NCBI GenBank assembly: GCA_964106645.2
Contig: OZ067047.1
Direction: 5' to 3' (one strand)
Source of the DNA: Podarcis pityusensis
Taxonomy: Eukaryota
DNA length: 64,000 bases
The notes under the pieces are model-generated. The model was not told the DNA's origin. It saw only the letters and a list, made by a program, of their open reading frames with translations, and ran no database searches. Made by a program: the position numbers and the translations under genes. This document shows, piece by piece, positions 23,117 to 36,229 of this stretch. Each line of letters begins with the position of its first letter. The stretch's first letter is position 1.

Positions 23117-25535
23117 GTGATCCAGGCGAGGGGGTGATGATGAAGGGAGAATAGGGGACTGAGAGGAGAAGGTGGCTCCTTATAATCTACAGCTGGTGAA
23201 GGTGGTTTGAGCCTGCTTCTTTGCTTCGGGCAGAGAGGAAGGAACCATGTGTTTGGTGTGCACAAGATTTCAAATTCAGGTCTTTTTAGTGGAATCGAGA
23301 GAGGGGAACCTTCAGCTCACCAGCTTTTATTTATTGATTCATTTATATACCACTGCACTACAATAGCCAAAGTGTTTTACAAAGATAAAATACAAAAAAT
23401 TAAAACCAGTTAAAACTATAAAATCAGATATCAATAAAAATGTCTACTGAATTAAAGTCTTCAGCCCAACAGGGAGGGGACTTGTCTGACTTCAGCTGGA
23501 AGGGAGTTCCATAAAACTGGACCCACAACGCTGAAGGTAGCTTTATTGCTGGATATGAGCCATGGTTTCCTGTTTTCTCTGTTATCAGGCCAGCGTCTTC
23601 CAAACAACATTTTAAGCCATGAAATCTAGCTTTTTTTGACATCATACTGGCTTCATAATGCTTTTTGCATAACAGACAGTGCATGCTGCTATTTTTAAAT
23701 CCGGTATTACAGCCATCCAGGTGTTCTCTGTTGCTGGGGAGAAAATGTCACAGCTGCCCATTTCACAGGAGGGCATCCCTTTGGCGTAGGAAAGATGTAA
23801 ATTACACACTTGGCTCTTGCAAGCACCTTTCTTTAGCAGGTCTCTTACTCAGAGATGCCTGCATGGGTTCACAATCTCACTTTTCAGAAATGCATTTGGC
23901 TGCAGGCAAATAGTCAGTAGGCATTTTATGGGGGTGGAACAAAATCACGGCCTGAAAGGTACTTCATGAACATCTAATAATATTAGCAGCTTGACAGCCT
24001 TAGGCAAACGACATTATCTCGCTAATGGACAAGTAGAGCAACTCGGAAAGGTAAATCAAAATTAAAGCTCTAATTCAGTTCAAGGCTCTTTAATCAAAGT
24101 TGGCTTTATTAAAAGGCATACTCTGATCCTATGAAGTGTAAGCAGAATGCTTCCTGCAGCCAAACAAGACACGTGAAGCGATTTCTCTCTTGGGTCTCAT
24201 TAAAGCTCCCCCACCCCCTTCAAAACTTTTGCATGATCCCTGGCAGTTTTAATAATACCACATTGACAGAAGGGTACAAGTTTCAATAATGTGTTAAGCG
24301 GGAAGACTAAAAGGATAACTAGTGAAGGATAAAGAGTACTTTGCAAGAAATCTTTTTTCTTGGCTGCAAGGGGAATTTGTATTGCTCTTAGCTGAGGCAT
24401 TTCTATGAGTCTTTACATAGGCCATCACATTATTGTACCTGAAACCTGGATTCCTGAAAGGCATTGGTCTCAATTTCCATTTTATGGAAGTATATACCTA
24501 GCCCTCATGGTTGTGACTTGAAAATTGTGGACTATGGTCAGTAGCATTGCTATCATTAAGGATCAAACTTAAATATTTATGCTCTATAAGTCTAAGAAGT
24601 TGGTTTTATTAGAAGATGGGTGAGATGTCACCTTCTCTACACATACATACTTACTTACCTCTTCAGGTCACCCTTTAGGTTCTGGTCTGGTTCACACATG
24701 ACGTTAAACCATGGTTTGACTGATTATCCACACCCTCCCCAGCAGCTTAACTATGGCTTGTTTGCTGTCACAAACCATGATTTGAAGCCAGGGTTTGTTA
24801 CTGGTATAAGAACCTTGGTTTATTTTTTAACAATGACTTGGTGTTGCATGCAAATGCGACACCCTTCTTTAGCAATGGCTTGATTGGGCCATCCCACTGG
24901 ACATGTTCATTAAGCTTCAAAAGCAAAACATCCAGAAAACAAACCCAAGCTTTTCACAAAACAAGGCATGCATGGTTTATCTTTGCTACAGCTTACCCAG
25001 GCCTTTGATAGCTGAAAGTTCTGCCCCTCGTGACCCTGAAATCATTGATTTGAGAGTTTTTAACTAGTTTTAAAAGGTTGGTTTAACGGATTCTGAAAGT
25101 TTTAATAGTGTTATTTTAGTGCTGACATGTCTGCTCCTCAGGCCTCCTTTTGGAGAAAGAACAGGATATAAGTTCAATAAATAAAGTCAAATCATACCTT
25201 GTTGAAACCATGGTATAGTGTTATATGCAAAGCTGGCCTATGAGCTGTTTGAGAAAACACTCGCTAAAGAACTAAACATGAGGCTTGTCTCCTGTTTCTC
25301 ATTCAAACCCATCCAACCTTATGGCTATCCCATGTCATGTAAGAAAATAGTGCAACTATGTTTGAACACTAAATACTAGGCAAAATGTGCAGGCATTGTT
25401 CTCATCCGTTTAGTTTGAAACTTGCCTGCTCTCACTTTTCAATTATGTTCCTCCCCCTTAAAAAAAATAAATTAAAAATCCCTGCAGATACCAACGCTTC
25501 AGTGCTTTTAACCAGCTTTGTTTCTTTCATTTCAG

Positions 25536-25641
25536 AGATGAACACGAAGATTTCAAAGACGAGATGAAACGGCTGAAAAAGCTGCGCGGGAAAGGACGCC
25601 CTGTGAAAGGAGAAGGAAAGAGAGCGCTGAAGAAGAAATAA
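25536..25641 (+). CDS. MRPS33: MRPS33 last coding exon
   Basis: Acceptor tttcatttcag|A; encodes (R)[34 protein letters not shown]; TAA at 25639-25641. Confidence 0.96.
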
Positions 25642-25669
25642 CACCGTTGTTGCAGTAGACCTTGTATTT

Positions 25670-25675
25670 AATAAA
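25670..25675 (+). terminator. MRPS33: MRPS33 polyadenylation signal
   Basis: AATAAA ~30 nt after the stop codon. Confidence 0.7.
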
Positions 25676-26202
25676 CACATCTTGGACAGATGGTGACTGT
25701 TTACTAGACTTTCAGTAGGCCGGGGAATTTATCTCAAGACGAGGCATCCTTTGCAAACATCTTGCCCCTATAACATAAGGAAGAGAAAGGCTGTAACAGA
25801 TTCATCTGCATGACCCCGTCAATTTTGGTGGTGGTGGCGATAGCAAAAAGAGGGTGGACCCACTCTCTGCTGGGGTCAGCAGAGGGGGTGTCCTGAGGAC
25901 TTGCGGCCTCCAGAGGGTGGGCCAAGGATGAATGTTGCCCAGAGGAGCCAACCCCTAGAGACAAAGGTCCCTTCCCCACCCCAAAGAAAAATATTTGAAG
26001 GTGCCAGGCCATAGTTGACAAACATGGCCATTCAAATGGTGTGCATGCCCTGCGTCTTGTGATCGATTTTGCAGGGTGGGGCTTACCTGGGCCCTCCCAA
26101 TATTTTATTCCAGTTGCCACCCTGACGTTGCCCCTGAGCAAAAATAGTTTAGCTAGCCGGTCCTGTTTAGTAGTATTATCAGTAGTGGTAGCGGAAGTAG
26201 TA

Positions 26203-26428
26203 CAGTGGTACCTTGGGTTACATACGCTTCAGGTTACAGACTCCACTAACCGAGAAATAGTGTTTCAGGTTAAGAACTTTGCTTCAGGATGAGAACAGAA
26301 ATTGTTCTCCGGTGGCACGGCGGCAGCAGGAGGCCCCATTAGCTAAAGTGGTGCTTCAGGTTAAGAACAGTTTCAGGTTAAGAATGGACCTCCAGAACGA
26401 ATTAAGTACTTAACCAGAGGTACCACTG
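26203..26428. mobile_element. Tc1/mariner-pogo-type MITE
   Basis: TA|CAGTGGTACC...GGTACCACTG|TA. Confidence 0.9.
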
Positions 26429-27858
26429 TATTACAATTTGTTATGCCAAGTTCCCAGGGCAAATTGCGACAATTAAAACACAACACAATATCACAAACAG
26501 ATTGAAACAATTTTAAGATTACGGGAAATAAGGCAGGCATTGGGGGGGGGGGGGACACAAATCTCAAGTGTTAAAAGCTAGGGTAAGGAGTTAGGGTAGG
26601 GTCGTCTTATAGAGTGACGTGTAGCTTAGTGGCAGAACACCTGATTTCTCTCACCGTTTCCTCCAACCTGCCTTTGAGATGATGGTGGCTGCCAAATCAC
26701 AGGCTTAATTGCATCTCAGCTGGAGGACACTGGCTGTCCCTCTACATCCTTTATTGAAATGTATATAATTGGTTGCATACCGAAAAGTGATATAATATAT
26801 GCTGTGAGAAATAAGACATGTTATTTGCCTAAGAACTACATGGTTAACTGAAATATGCATTTCTCTTAGAAGTGTGCAATAAATTACAGTGAGGTCCTGG
26901 TACAATGAGCACCTTTCTTATAGCTTCCATTCCCCATTGTCAGGAGTACTTGGAAATTACGCTCTCTATACTTAAGGTCCCTTCCCCTATGTCTCTGCCA
27001 GCCTGCTCCTTGCCCTTTTTCATATGAGGGAGGCAGCAACGGAAAAATGGGTCCTCACCTTTCTCTTGTGCTCCTTCCTTCATTCCTCACCTCCCAGATC
27101 ATCTGCTTTTCTCTTTCAGTGTTTAATTTCATGGGTGTTTGTCTCATTTTTTTAATCCATTGCCAGAGTGTGGGGAATCTTTGACCTGCCAGGTGTTGCT
27201 GAACTACATAGTCAACCTTAAGTCCTACTCAGAGCAGACCGGCTGAAATCAATGGAGTTAAATAGTCATGTATATTTCAATAGGTCTCTTGTGACTTCCT
27301 GTTGGAGGCAAGCCTGTGCTAATTTACATTACACAAGCTCTGAGTGCTATGCCAAGATATCAGTTTTGAATTTCCTTAGAAGGTTAGATCAGAGGGCTGA
27401 TTTTTCCCATTGTATGGGAGCGTTTACAGTCACTGGATAGTTTTGTTTACGAAGCTCTTAAAATAAGCTAGATGCTGGAGAAAACTGGTTAGAAATAAAT
27501 AAAAGACCCTTTCCGAAAACTTCATGTTCTAAATAGTTAACACTTACCATGCCAAGAAGAGACTCTGATAAAATGATAATATTATTAGAAGAATGATAAC
27601 TGAATTTAATAAGGCTTTAAATTTAATAGGAACATAAGAATCTGCCTTATAGGAGGTCAGAGTAGCTCAGACTAATCCATCTAGCCCAAAATTGTCAAGT
27701 CTGGCTGACAGCAGCTCTCCAGAATCTGTGGTTAGCAATTTTTTATATTGCCTGTTACCTGATCCTTTTAACTGGAGATCCCAAACAATTGGATCAGAGA
27801 CTTTCTGCATGTGAGTAATGCACTCCTATGAATGAGCCATGGTACCACAAGAGACTTA

Positions 27859-28117
27859 CTGTATTTTTTGCTCTATAAGACTCACTTTTTCCCTCCTAAA
27901 AAGTAAGGGGGAATGTGTGTGCGTCTTATGGAGCGAATGCAGGCTATGCAGGTATCCCAGAAGCCAGAACAGCAAGAGGGATTGCTGCTTTCACTGCCCA
28001 GCGATCCCTCTTGCTGTTCTGGCTTCTGAGATTCAGAATAGTTTTTTTCTTGTTTTCCTCCTCCAAAAACTAGGTGCGTCTTGTGGTCTGGTGCGTCTTA
28101 TAGAGCGAAAAATACGG
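27859..28117. mobile_element. Tc1/mariner-superfamily MITE with internal hairpin
   Basis: TIR C(T/C)GTATTTTT(T/C)GCTCTATAAGAC flanked by TA; internal ~30-bp inverted repeat at ~27958-28030. Confidence 0.85.
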
Positions 28118-29345
28118 TATTAAGGTCTAGAAGGGATTGAATCAAGGACACTGAAGCATCACAGCCCAGAAATACCACTTTGATGGAAGTAGGGATGGAG
28201 AAGGGCTGTCAGCTTTCAGCCTTACAGCAAATGGTGGAGTGCAGTTTCTTGGGCTGATTTTGCCAATAAATGGTTCAGGGATTTTAAAAAACAGAAATAT
28301 CTCAAGTCAATCCAGTTTTTGGTTGGTTTGCATTCTGGAGAAAGTCAGTCATAGGTTGAAAGAGTCGTCATATTTTGTATGAACTACTGAAAGTTATCCT
28401 GTTCCTTCCTTAATCCCATTCGCCTTTTTACATCACACTTATTAGATTTGGGGCGTTCAGACTTCAGGCTTGAGGGATCTACTCTGCTGTTGTTAACTAT
28501 CCTCCAACCAGAGCCAGTGCAGAATAATTGTTTGTTGAACCAGATACAAACTGATGGCTGAAGGGAGCCACTGCGATGATCTGCATATGCAAATACAGAT
28601 CCATATCTGAGAGACTACAGGTGTAGAGATTTCAACAGAAAACTCTTAACATTGGCTCACACAACTGTGGGAAGATGTTGTCCAAGACGATTACTCTTAT
28701 TTCTTAGGTGCAAGGCCTACACACCATCCCCCCCAAAGGATCCTGGGAAATGTAGTTTGTTAAGGGTGCTGAGAATTGTAGCTCTGTGAGGGGTAAACTT
28801 CAAGCCCCTTGATTCTTTGCAGGTAGGGATGTGTGCTTTGGTGTGTATGCAGTAACTGAGATAAATAGTACAAGGCAAACCATGACAACGTTCTACAGAT
28901 TTTAAAAAATAAACCTAGAAGTTTACTTGGAAGTTTCAACTATTGGGAGTCAGAAACACTTGCAGATTTGCTAAAAACACCCAGCAGAACCCAATTACGC
29001 CAAGTCAGCAGAGCTCATATATTATCATGTAAGCCGTGGGCAGGGACTATGTTGTTTTTAAATCTTTGTGCAGCACCTAGAGAATACTTTGTTCTTTATT
29101 AATATTAAAAGCAAGAGCAGGCGATTCTCTTCTATTCCTGGGGAATGTGGTCATATTATATAACATTATCAGAGTTACATCTGAGTGCAAGAGTTCATTG
29201 TTCCATGGAGAAACCATGACTCATGAATGACCCAAGATTATCAGCAAAAGGGTCATTCAATGGTCACTAGGAATTTTTGTTTTGTTTGAGCCAGCTGGTA
29301 TTGTAATTTTTAAATGTGTTGTTTGCAAAGCCCCTGGCCTTAAGG

Positions 29346-29481
29346 CAGGCATAGGCAAACTCTGGACCTCCAGATGTTTCGGGCTACAATTCCCACCATC
29401 CCTAGCTAACAGGACCAGTGGTCAGGGATGATGGGAATTGTAGTCCCAAACATCTGAAGGGCCGGAGTTTGCCTATGCCTG
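29346..29481. mobile_element. hAT-type palindromic MITE
   Basis: Same family as 10231; TSD CCTTAAGG. Confidence 0.9.
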
Positions 29482-29756
29482 CCTTAAGGTGTGTCCTCAC
29501 ACACTTCATTTGTTCAGGACAGCACAATAAGGCATACTTGTTTATAGGTAAATATGTCTAAATGCAGTTCTTTATCAGAAAGGGTTTTAGCATCCGTATA
29601 AGGGTGCTAGGGCTTATAATGCGTTGTTTGTATTTTCAAAAGGGTTCCAGATTTTTAAAACAACGCAGAGAGCATATGTTAGGCACTCAGGGTCTCATTG
29701 TTTCCAATCACCTGTTTGTTTGATTTTCACTTTACAATTTAGTTGGGGTACTCAAG

Positions 29757-30089
29757 GGTACATGGGTGTCACTGTGGTTTAAACCACAGAGCCTAGGGCT
29801 TGCCAATCAGAAGGTCATTGCTCGGTCCCTGCTCCTGCCCACCTAGCAGTTCGAAAGCACATCAAAATGCAAGTAGATAAATAGGTACCGCTCCGACGGG
29901 AAGGTAAACGGTGTTTCCGTGTGCTGCTCTGGTTTGCCAGAAGCAGGTTAGTCATGCTGGCCATGTGATCCGGAAGCTGTCTGCGGACAAAACACCGGCT
30001 CCCTCGGCCAGTAAAGCGAGATGGGCGCTGCAACCCCAGAGTCGTCCGCGACTGGACTTAACAGTCAGGGGTCCCTTTACCTTTACCTT
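29757..30089 (+). mobile_element. Sauria SINE lacking the B-box segment, inserted in a MITE
   Basis: aaggtc|attgctcgg junction lacks the GGTTCGAATCC segment; TSD TACTCAAG; flanks resemble the 48008-48146 MITE. Confidence 0.85.
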
Positions 30090-33000
30090 TACTCAAGAGT
30101 ACACAGTACCGGCACCTTTTTTTTCTCCCTAGAAGAAAAGCACTGGTTCAAAGTGTGGCACTTCCTGTAACAACTTCATGGTGACTAAAGGCACCTTTTT
30201 TTCTAGAAGAAAAGCACTGGGTGTGGAAGTGTGGAGAACTGAACTGGAAAATGAGAAACTGAGAGAAACTGAAAATGGCAGATTTGCCAATTCCTATTCA
30301 TAGCCAATCTGGGTCTCTCTGGCACATGCCCATGAACATTATGAGTCACAGCTTCCCACCTTCCCATCTTTCTATAGTGCAGCTGTGGCAAACAAGCTTG
30401 TCACATCAAATGCAATGTGCCACTTAGCACTGTAAGTCGGGAAAGCCACGGTGAAATGTTTGTTGGCAAAACTCTGCTTTTCTGGCTTTTAAAAAGTCAC
30501 GTTACTACTGACTGACTAGTGAGTCGTAAAAAGGAGGAGGATGGATTTGGCTGAATTGGACGGAAACTGCATTTAAAGTGTGGGCTGATCTAACAGGCTG
30601 TATGGAATGATCTCCTGAGACCCAAAGGTCGTTCTCTTATTGCTTGAAGCACTCAGAGCTATACTAGAGAAAGCACTATTACATATAGTATCAAGATGGC
30701 TATATGGGATTTGGGAGGGTAAGCTTGGGTGAACTAATAGCAGCTTTTCCATAGCAACCTTTGAGGCGGGAGGAAAGATATTAGAACAAACTTCTCAGTT
30801 GACTAAGAACTGGGAGTTTATATCCATTAGGCTGTTTCCTTTGTACACTTGACTGTACTTTTGTCCGTCTCACTGCTCTTAAAACTAGCTGTAAATATTT
30901 GATGGGGTTCATTTTAATGTTACCACAGCTGGTTATTGTTGTTTTTATTTGGCTTTTCAAGCAAGAAACTTTGTAATAAGCCACAGACAAAATAGCAGCA
31001 CGCATAGGCGATAGATTCACAGCCAGGGGTTGCAAACCACAGCCCTTTTCAACAAGGCTGCCATAGTTTTCCAACAGTGACAGAATAAGCAAAAGTCCAA
31101 CAAGGATTGCAGTAGTTTACAAACCATCATCAGACACATTTAATTCTCAATTACAATGTTTATTGCTACTTACAGCATTGTTCTCACATTCCTCACATTT
31201 ACATGAGTGGTGTCTGTGCAGGATAGCCCAACAGTCTGACAGGAGTACCTCAGTGCTTGAGAGTTTGCTTGTTTCCTTCTAGAGTGCCCCTATTCCAGGA
31301 TACTACCAGACGGTAGTCATCCTTGTATTGTCAGTTTTCTCCCAAACACGATCCATGGTCAACAGGAGAAAAAGCATTCATCTTCTAACCAGAGAACACT
31401 GCATTATACCTGATGAACATGTGCTCTTTGGTAATGCTGGTACAGAGCAATGGTGAGGACCCTGTTGCCCTCCTGATGTTTTGCCCTACAGCATAGCTAA
31501 GAGCCAGAGATGATGAGAGCTGTGATCCAAGAAAACATAGAAAGCCACAGGCTCCCCCCTGCCCCCATTTGTGTAGAACGTTGTGGTTTGGTGACACGAT
31601 CTTGTCAGGAAATGAAGATGATGTAAGGCAGCCAGCATCATTCATGACTGATATATAAACAGCCTAAATCAAATTTAAACTGCCATCCATTGCTGATATA
31701 ATTTATTTCAAAAATACATCGCTATTCTGCTTTCGCTTTCCACTAAAGTGTCTCTCAAGGACACTTACAATAAGAAGCAAACATAAAGGAAAAAGTAATG
31801 CAGTCGTTAAAATGCAAATTAACGAAACTTAAAGCAGTAGCAAAAAGTAAAAACACAAGGAGCAGCATTAACAGTCAATATACAAAACAGCAGTAGAACC
31901 AAAAGCTTTTAAAAGGAAAGCTTTCAACTGCTGGTGGAGCACAAATAAAGAGGAAGATAGCCTAACCTCTTGGGCCATTGGGTGTGCCACATATAAGGTG
32001 TCACCACAGAAAAAGTTCTATCAGGAGTTGCCACCAACCTTGCCTCAGAAGGCAACAGAATGTCCAAGAACATCTCAACAGCTTTATCTCCAGATTAATA
32101 TAAGAGGATGTGTTCCTTCAAGCAGTTTGCTCCCAATCTGTTTAGGGTTTAATGGAGAATAACTGCCAGCTCCTTATTCTTATCATCAGAATGAAGCAGC
32201 ACGCTCGCTGAGATGTGGTTCTTTGCTCCTCACCATATATTTTAAATGTCTCAAGAAACACCAGCTGCTTGGTGGCACCATTACAGATTTTGATGCTGCT
32301 CACCAAAAACTGATCTGTGTCAAAGACCAAATGGGTACATGACTACTTTGCTGTAAGCCCTGTTTATATGTGTGTGTGTGTTTTCACCCAATGCTAAAGG
32401 TATGTAATCTTTGATGAAACCATTCCATTGAATATGATTGTGCAATTTCCCACAAATTAAGAGCAAGGCCATCTTTATTTCACGGCAGAAACATATCAAC
32501 AAAAATTGATTTATCAGACTTTGTTGGTTTGCCTTGGGATACCATCGAGAGGGTATGAATTTGCTTCCAAGGAGTAGGACAAGATTTCCCTCAAAAAAAA
32601 AGTTCTTCCACCAATCCATAGGGGAAGTGCAGGTTTTTGGTAAAAGGACAGGCTAAAAAGCCTCTGGGAACTGGCACTCTGGAGTGGTAGCGCAGCGTAA
32701 TAAGGTTGTGAGGAGATTGCCTGGGTGTGACCATTTGGAGGTCTGGATGCCCTCTTTGTCTGATGTCAACAGACAAGGGCAGTCACTTCAGCCCCCCAAT
32801 TTGCCATGTTAATTTGTATAGGGATATGATAGGGAATGGAAACTGAGTCGTGTGTCCAGATGTATCACATAATATAAGAAATGTTACATTGAACAATTTG
32901 TAATGAAGCAGTTGATTTGCTATAAGGATCGAGTGAGTCTGTTGTATTTCAATATTACTGTGGTTTTGTTAGGTGCATTGTGGTACAAACAAAATAAAAA

Positions 33001-33936
33001 TTCTCCTATGACCTACTAAAATTATTGGCAAAGAGTCTGGACCCAGCACAAAATGGTATCTTGGCAGGAAACATTACTTTTATTTTATTTTATCATTGGA
33101 TGTTTTCAGGTTATGTCTCTTCATGGAAGAGAGGGGGAAATCCAAGTAGCAGAAAGAAATTGCTGGTTCAAGAAGTCCAATTTCACCTTTCTGTTCAACT
33201 ATAAGTCAGTCAATCATTTGTAACTGCTGTCACACAAGTACCTGAATTGGAACATATACTGGACTATTTTGAGGGTCACTGAAAAGACTGGTTATGCTTT
33301 CACGCACCATTCTCTACTGTACTGTAACTCAGAAAGAGGATCTATAGATCTCTCCCAAGCAGTTAATGCATGAACTCCAGAAGTCATCTGTGGCTGAGTG
33401 ATTTCCACTTCACACACTACAAGAGAGACGGAGAAATCAGAAATATGAGGCACTAAACTACAGCTGTCTACACACTGCCATTTAATCTGGTTCCAGTACA
33501 CTCCCAGCACTACTGCTTGAAGCTGAGGACACATGGTGTTGGCCCCAATCCATAGGTATCCTGCAGTTTCTTGAAAAATGACTGGCATTTGATGTGCTTT
33601 CCCTCAAATCAACAGCTCTGAAAACATAATCTGTGGTTAAGCCAAAGTGCAAACATTTCAGACATCTGTTGTGCATGTGCAGATGACAGTGGATGTCAAA
33701 TGACAACTTCAATGAATAGGAGTTTGTGGGGTTGCAGGCACAGAGAAAGCAATCGGGTAATTAGGTAAATAAAAATAAAAATGAGAGGATCTCGCTTACT
33801 GGGGTCTCGGGAACGTCGTGTGATGCCTTTTGTATGATTTCGCCGGAACCTGGATGCCAAAGCGACACAACCCCAGTAAGTGAGACTTTGGTGCAGGCAG
33901 CAAGGGTGTGTGTGTGTGTGTTGCATGGTGTTTGGC

Positions 33937-33937
<1 letters not shown>

Positions 33938-33967
<30 letters not shown>

Positions 33968-34427
33968 CTTCTTCTTCTTCTTCTTCTTCTGTGATCACTC
34001 GTAGCCGAGTTAAGATTGTCTTCCATAAACACAGTTTGAACAGTGAGTCCGTAAGTGACTGTGGAGGCCAATTCTGGATCCACACATCCTTCCACAGTGG
34101 GGACATTGGTTTCTGGGCGGGATTTTATCACGGTGTGGATTTGCCAAGCATGCCTTCCTCTTAGCACATTTCTCCCTTGTGTCCTGAGTTCGAGTGTCTT
34201 CAAAGGCCATGACACCTTTGTTAAAGGCTGTTCTCCAACTGGAGCGCTCACAGGCCAGTGTTTCCCAGTTGTCAGTGTTTATACTACATTTTTTTAAGAT
34301 TTGCCTTGAGACAATCTTTAAACCTCTTTTGTTGACCACCAGTATTACGCTTTCCATTTGTATGTTCGGAATAGAGTAGTTGCTTTGGAAGATGGTCATC
34401 AGGCATCCGCACAACATGACCAGTCCA
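33938..34427 (-). mobile_element. RTE-clade LINE 3' fragment with (GAA)n tail
   Basis: Highly similar to 17170-17645; CPHCGRMCGSRIGLHSHLRTH; long (TTC)n. Confidence 0.9.
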
Positions 34428-34679
34428 CGTGCAGGGCGACACTTTTCTGTTTTGCCTAAGGCGGTGGAATGGAATGAGCCATCCCTGCTGCCTGGTATCG
34501 GCTCTGTCTTCTTCTGAACACAAGGCAATAAGGTTCCATTTTCCTGGGCATTTGGACTGTATTAATGCTCGATCTTTTAGCAGCTTTGAGACAGTATGCC
34601 TCTGCATGCCAGTTGCTGGAAATCTCAAGTGGGTGGAGTGCTTTTGTGGGCTTCCCACAGGCATCTGGTTGGCCCTATC

Positions 34680-34850
34680 ACCCACACCATATATTTAAAG
34701 CAGCTGACCTCCCCCAAAGAATCCTGGGAACCGTAGTTTGATAAGGGTACCAGGAATTGTAGCTTTGTGAGGGATCTTCTCAACACTGTTATAAAACTAC
34801 AGTTCCCAGGATTCTTTGGGGGAAGCCATGTGCCGTAGGGCATGCATAGA
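34680..34850. mobile_element. Palindromic MITE (ccccaaagaatcctgggaa...ttcccaggattctttgggg family)
   Basis: Inverted arms; relatives at ~22060-22380, ~28720-28850 and ~18230-18380. Confidence 0.7.
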
Positions 34851-36229
34851 CATGTATAGGATAAGGATGCATGTGTTGCCTCTGGTGGTTCTGGCTGCAG
34901 TGTGTGCCCTCGGGTTGTGTGTGTGTTGCGCAGTTCTGTTGAAATGACCATAGATACTTGTCTGGTTTAATGTATTCCACAGCCAGAGCTACTGAGTAAC
35001 TATGTGCTTTGGACAGGCTTGGTGAAGACGATTTAGCACTTGTTTTTAATGTCCTAGTTTAGTCATGTTAGATTACATTATTCTGGGGGCTTTATTGGGG
35101 GGGCGGAAGGACTACAGAGTGGTGTGTATTGCAGTTGTTTTTAGAAGTCTGGTTTTGTATTTTTCCCAGATAAAACAAAATTTCTTTCACACCATTTGCC
35201 TCATCTCACTGAATTGGGGTAGGGATTGTGCGGTGCGCTTCCAGTGCCAAAATATATTGTGCCAGCCTTGGATCCAAGTGTCCAGGTCAATCTTTGTGTT
35301 GCTAATATTATAAAACAACACTTTGACCTCCACATACGATTACACGTCTTTATCTCCACTTTTAACATAATCAGGAGCTCACTTAATAAATAAATGCCCT
35401 GTTGAGCATTGGAATGATATGACGTGGAGCCATTTGATTGCTCTGTAAACACAGGCTAATCATTTTGAAGCCCTGTGGAGTCAGATGTAGATAACCATTA
35501 TCATTCCTATCAGGTTTAATAAGTTTCTAGTGGGCCCCTCCCCTTTAAACCCTTTCAAAATATTTTAATTCTGATGGCTACAATCTCTTTTATTTGGAGA
35601 TCTTTCACATGAAGCACTCATCAAAATCAGGAATATTAGAATAGCCTGTATCTGCTCAACACTCTGATATCCCAGAGTCTTAATGCCACACTCCAAATGA
35701 TTCCATCTTGAGTATTCTTAAAGCTGTGTTATCTTGGCTCACATTTTGAAATCACAACCAACTTATTCAGGAAAGCAAAATATTTAGTTTCAGAAATGCG
35801 TAGTTTACTTTTTTTTTCATATATCTCTTACACATGCATATGTGTGCACTAGAGATCTGTCTGCTAGCGTGGAGGATGTTCTGAAAAATCGGTGAATTCG
35901 ATCTCTCTCACAGGTGCATTGGAGACGTTCTACACGGGGAAATAATTATGATTTCAGGGTACAACAGCAAACCCCAGATTTGAGTATATGGTTCCCAAAC
36001 CACTTATATTCTTTGGGTAGTCTTTTTTGTTTATGATTTTTAACGACAACAGATACTGATACTAATGCTAATATTTATTGAGATTAATACTATTCATATT
36101 GGGCAACAGCATTGCAAAGCGATACTAATATAGCTTGCGTTTAAATGCACAAATGCGTACCTGACGGTAGCAAAAAAAAAAAAAAAAAAAAAAGACCGAG
36201 CAAGGCAAACAAGAGCGCATTTTATAATA

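Noticed and set aside
33696-34251. ORFs with poly-Glu, poly-Arg or poly-Ser
   Set aside because: They are translations of the (GAA)n tail of an RTE LINE
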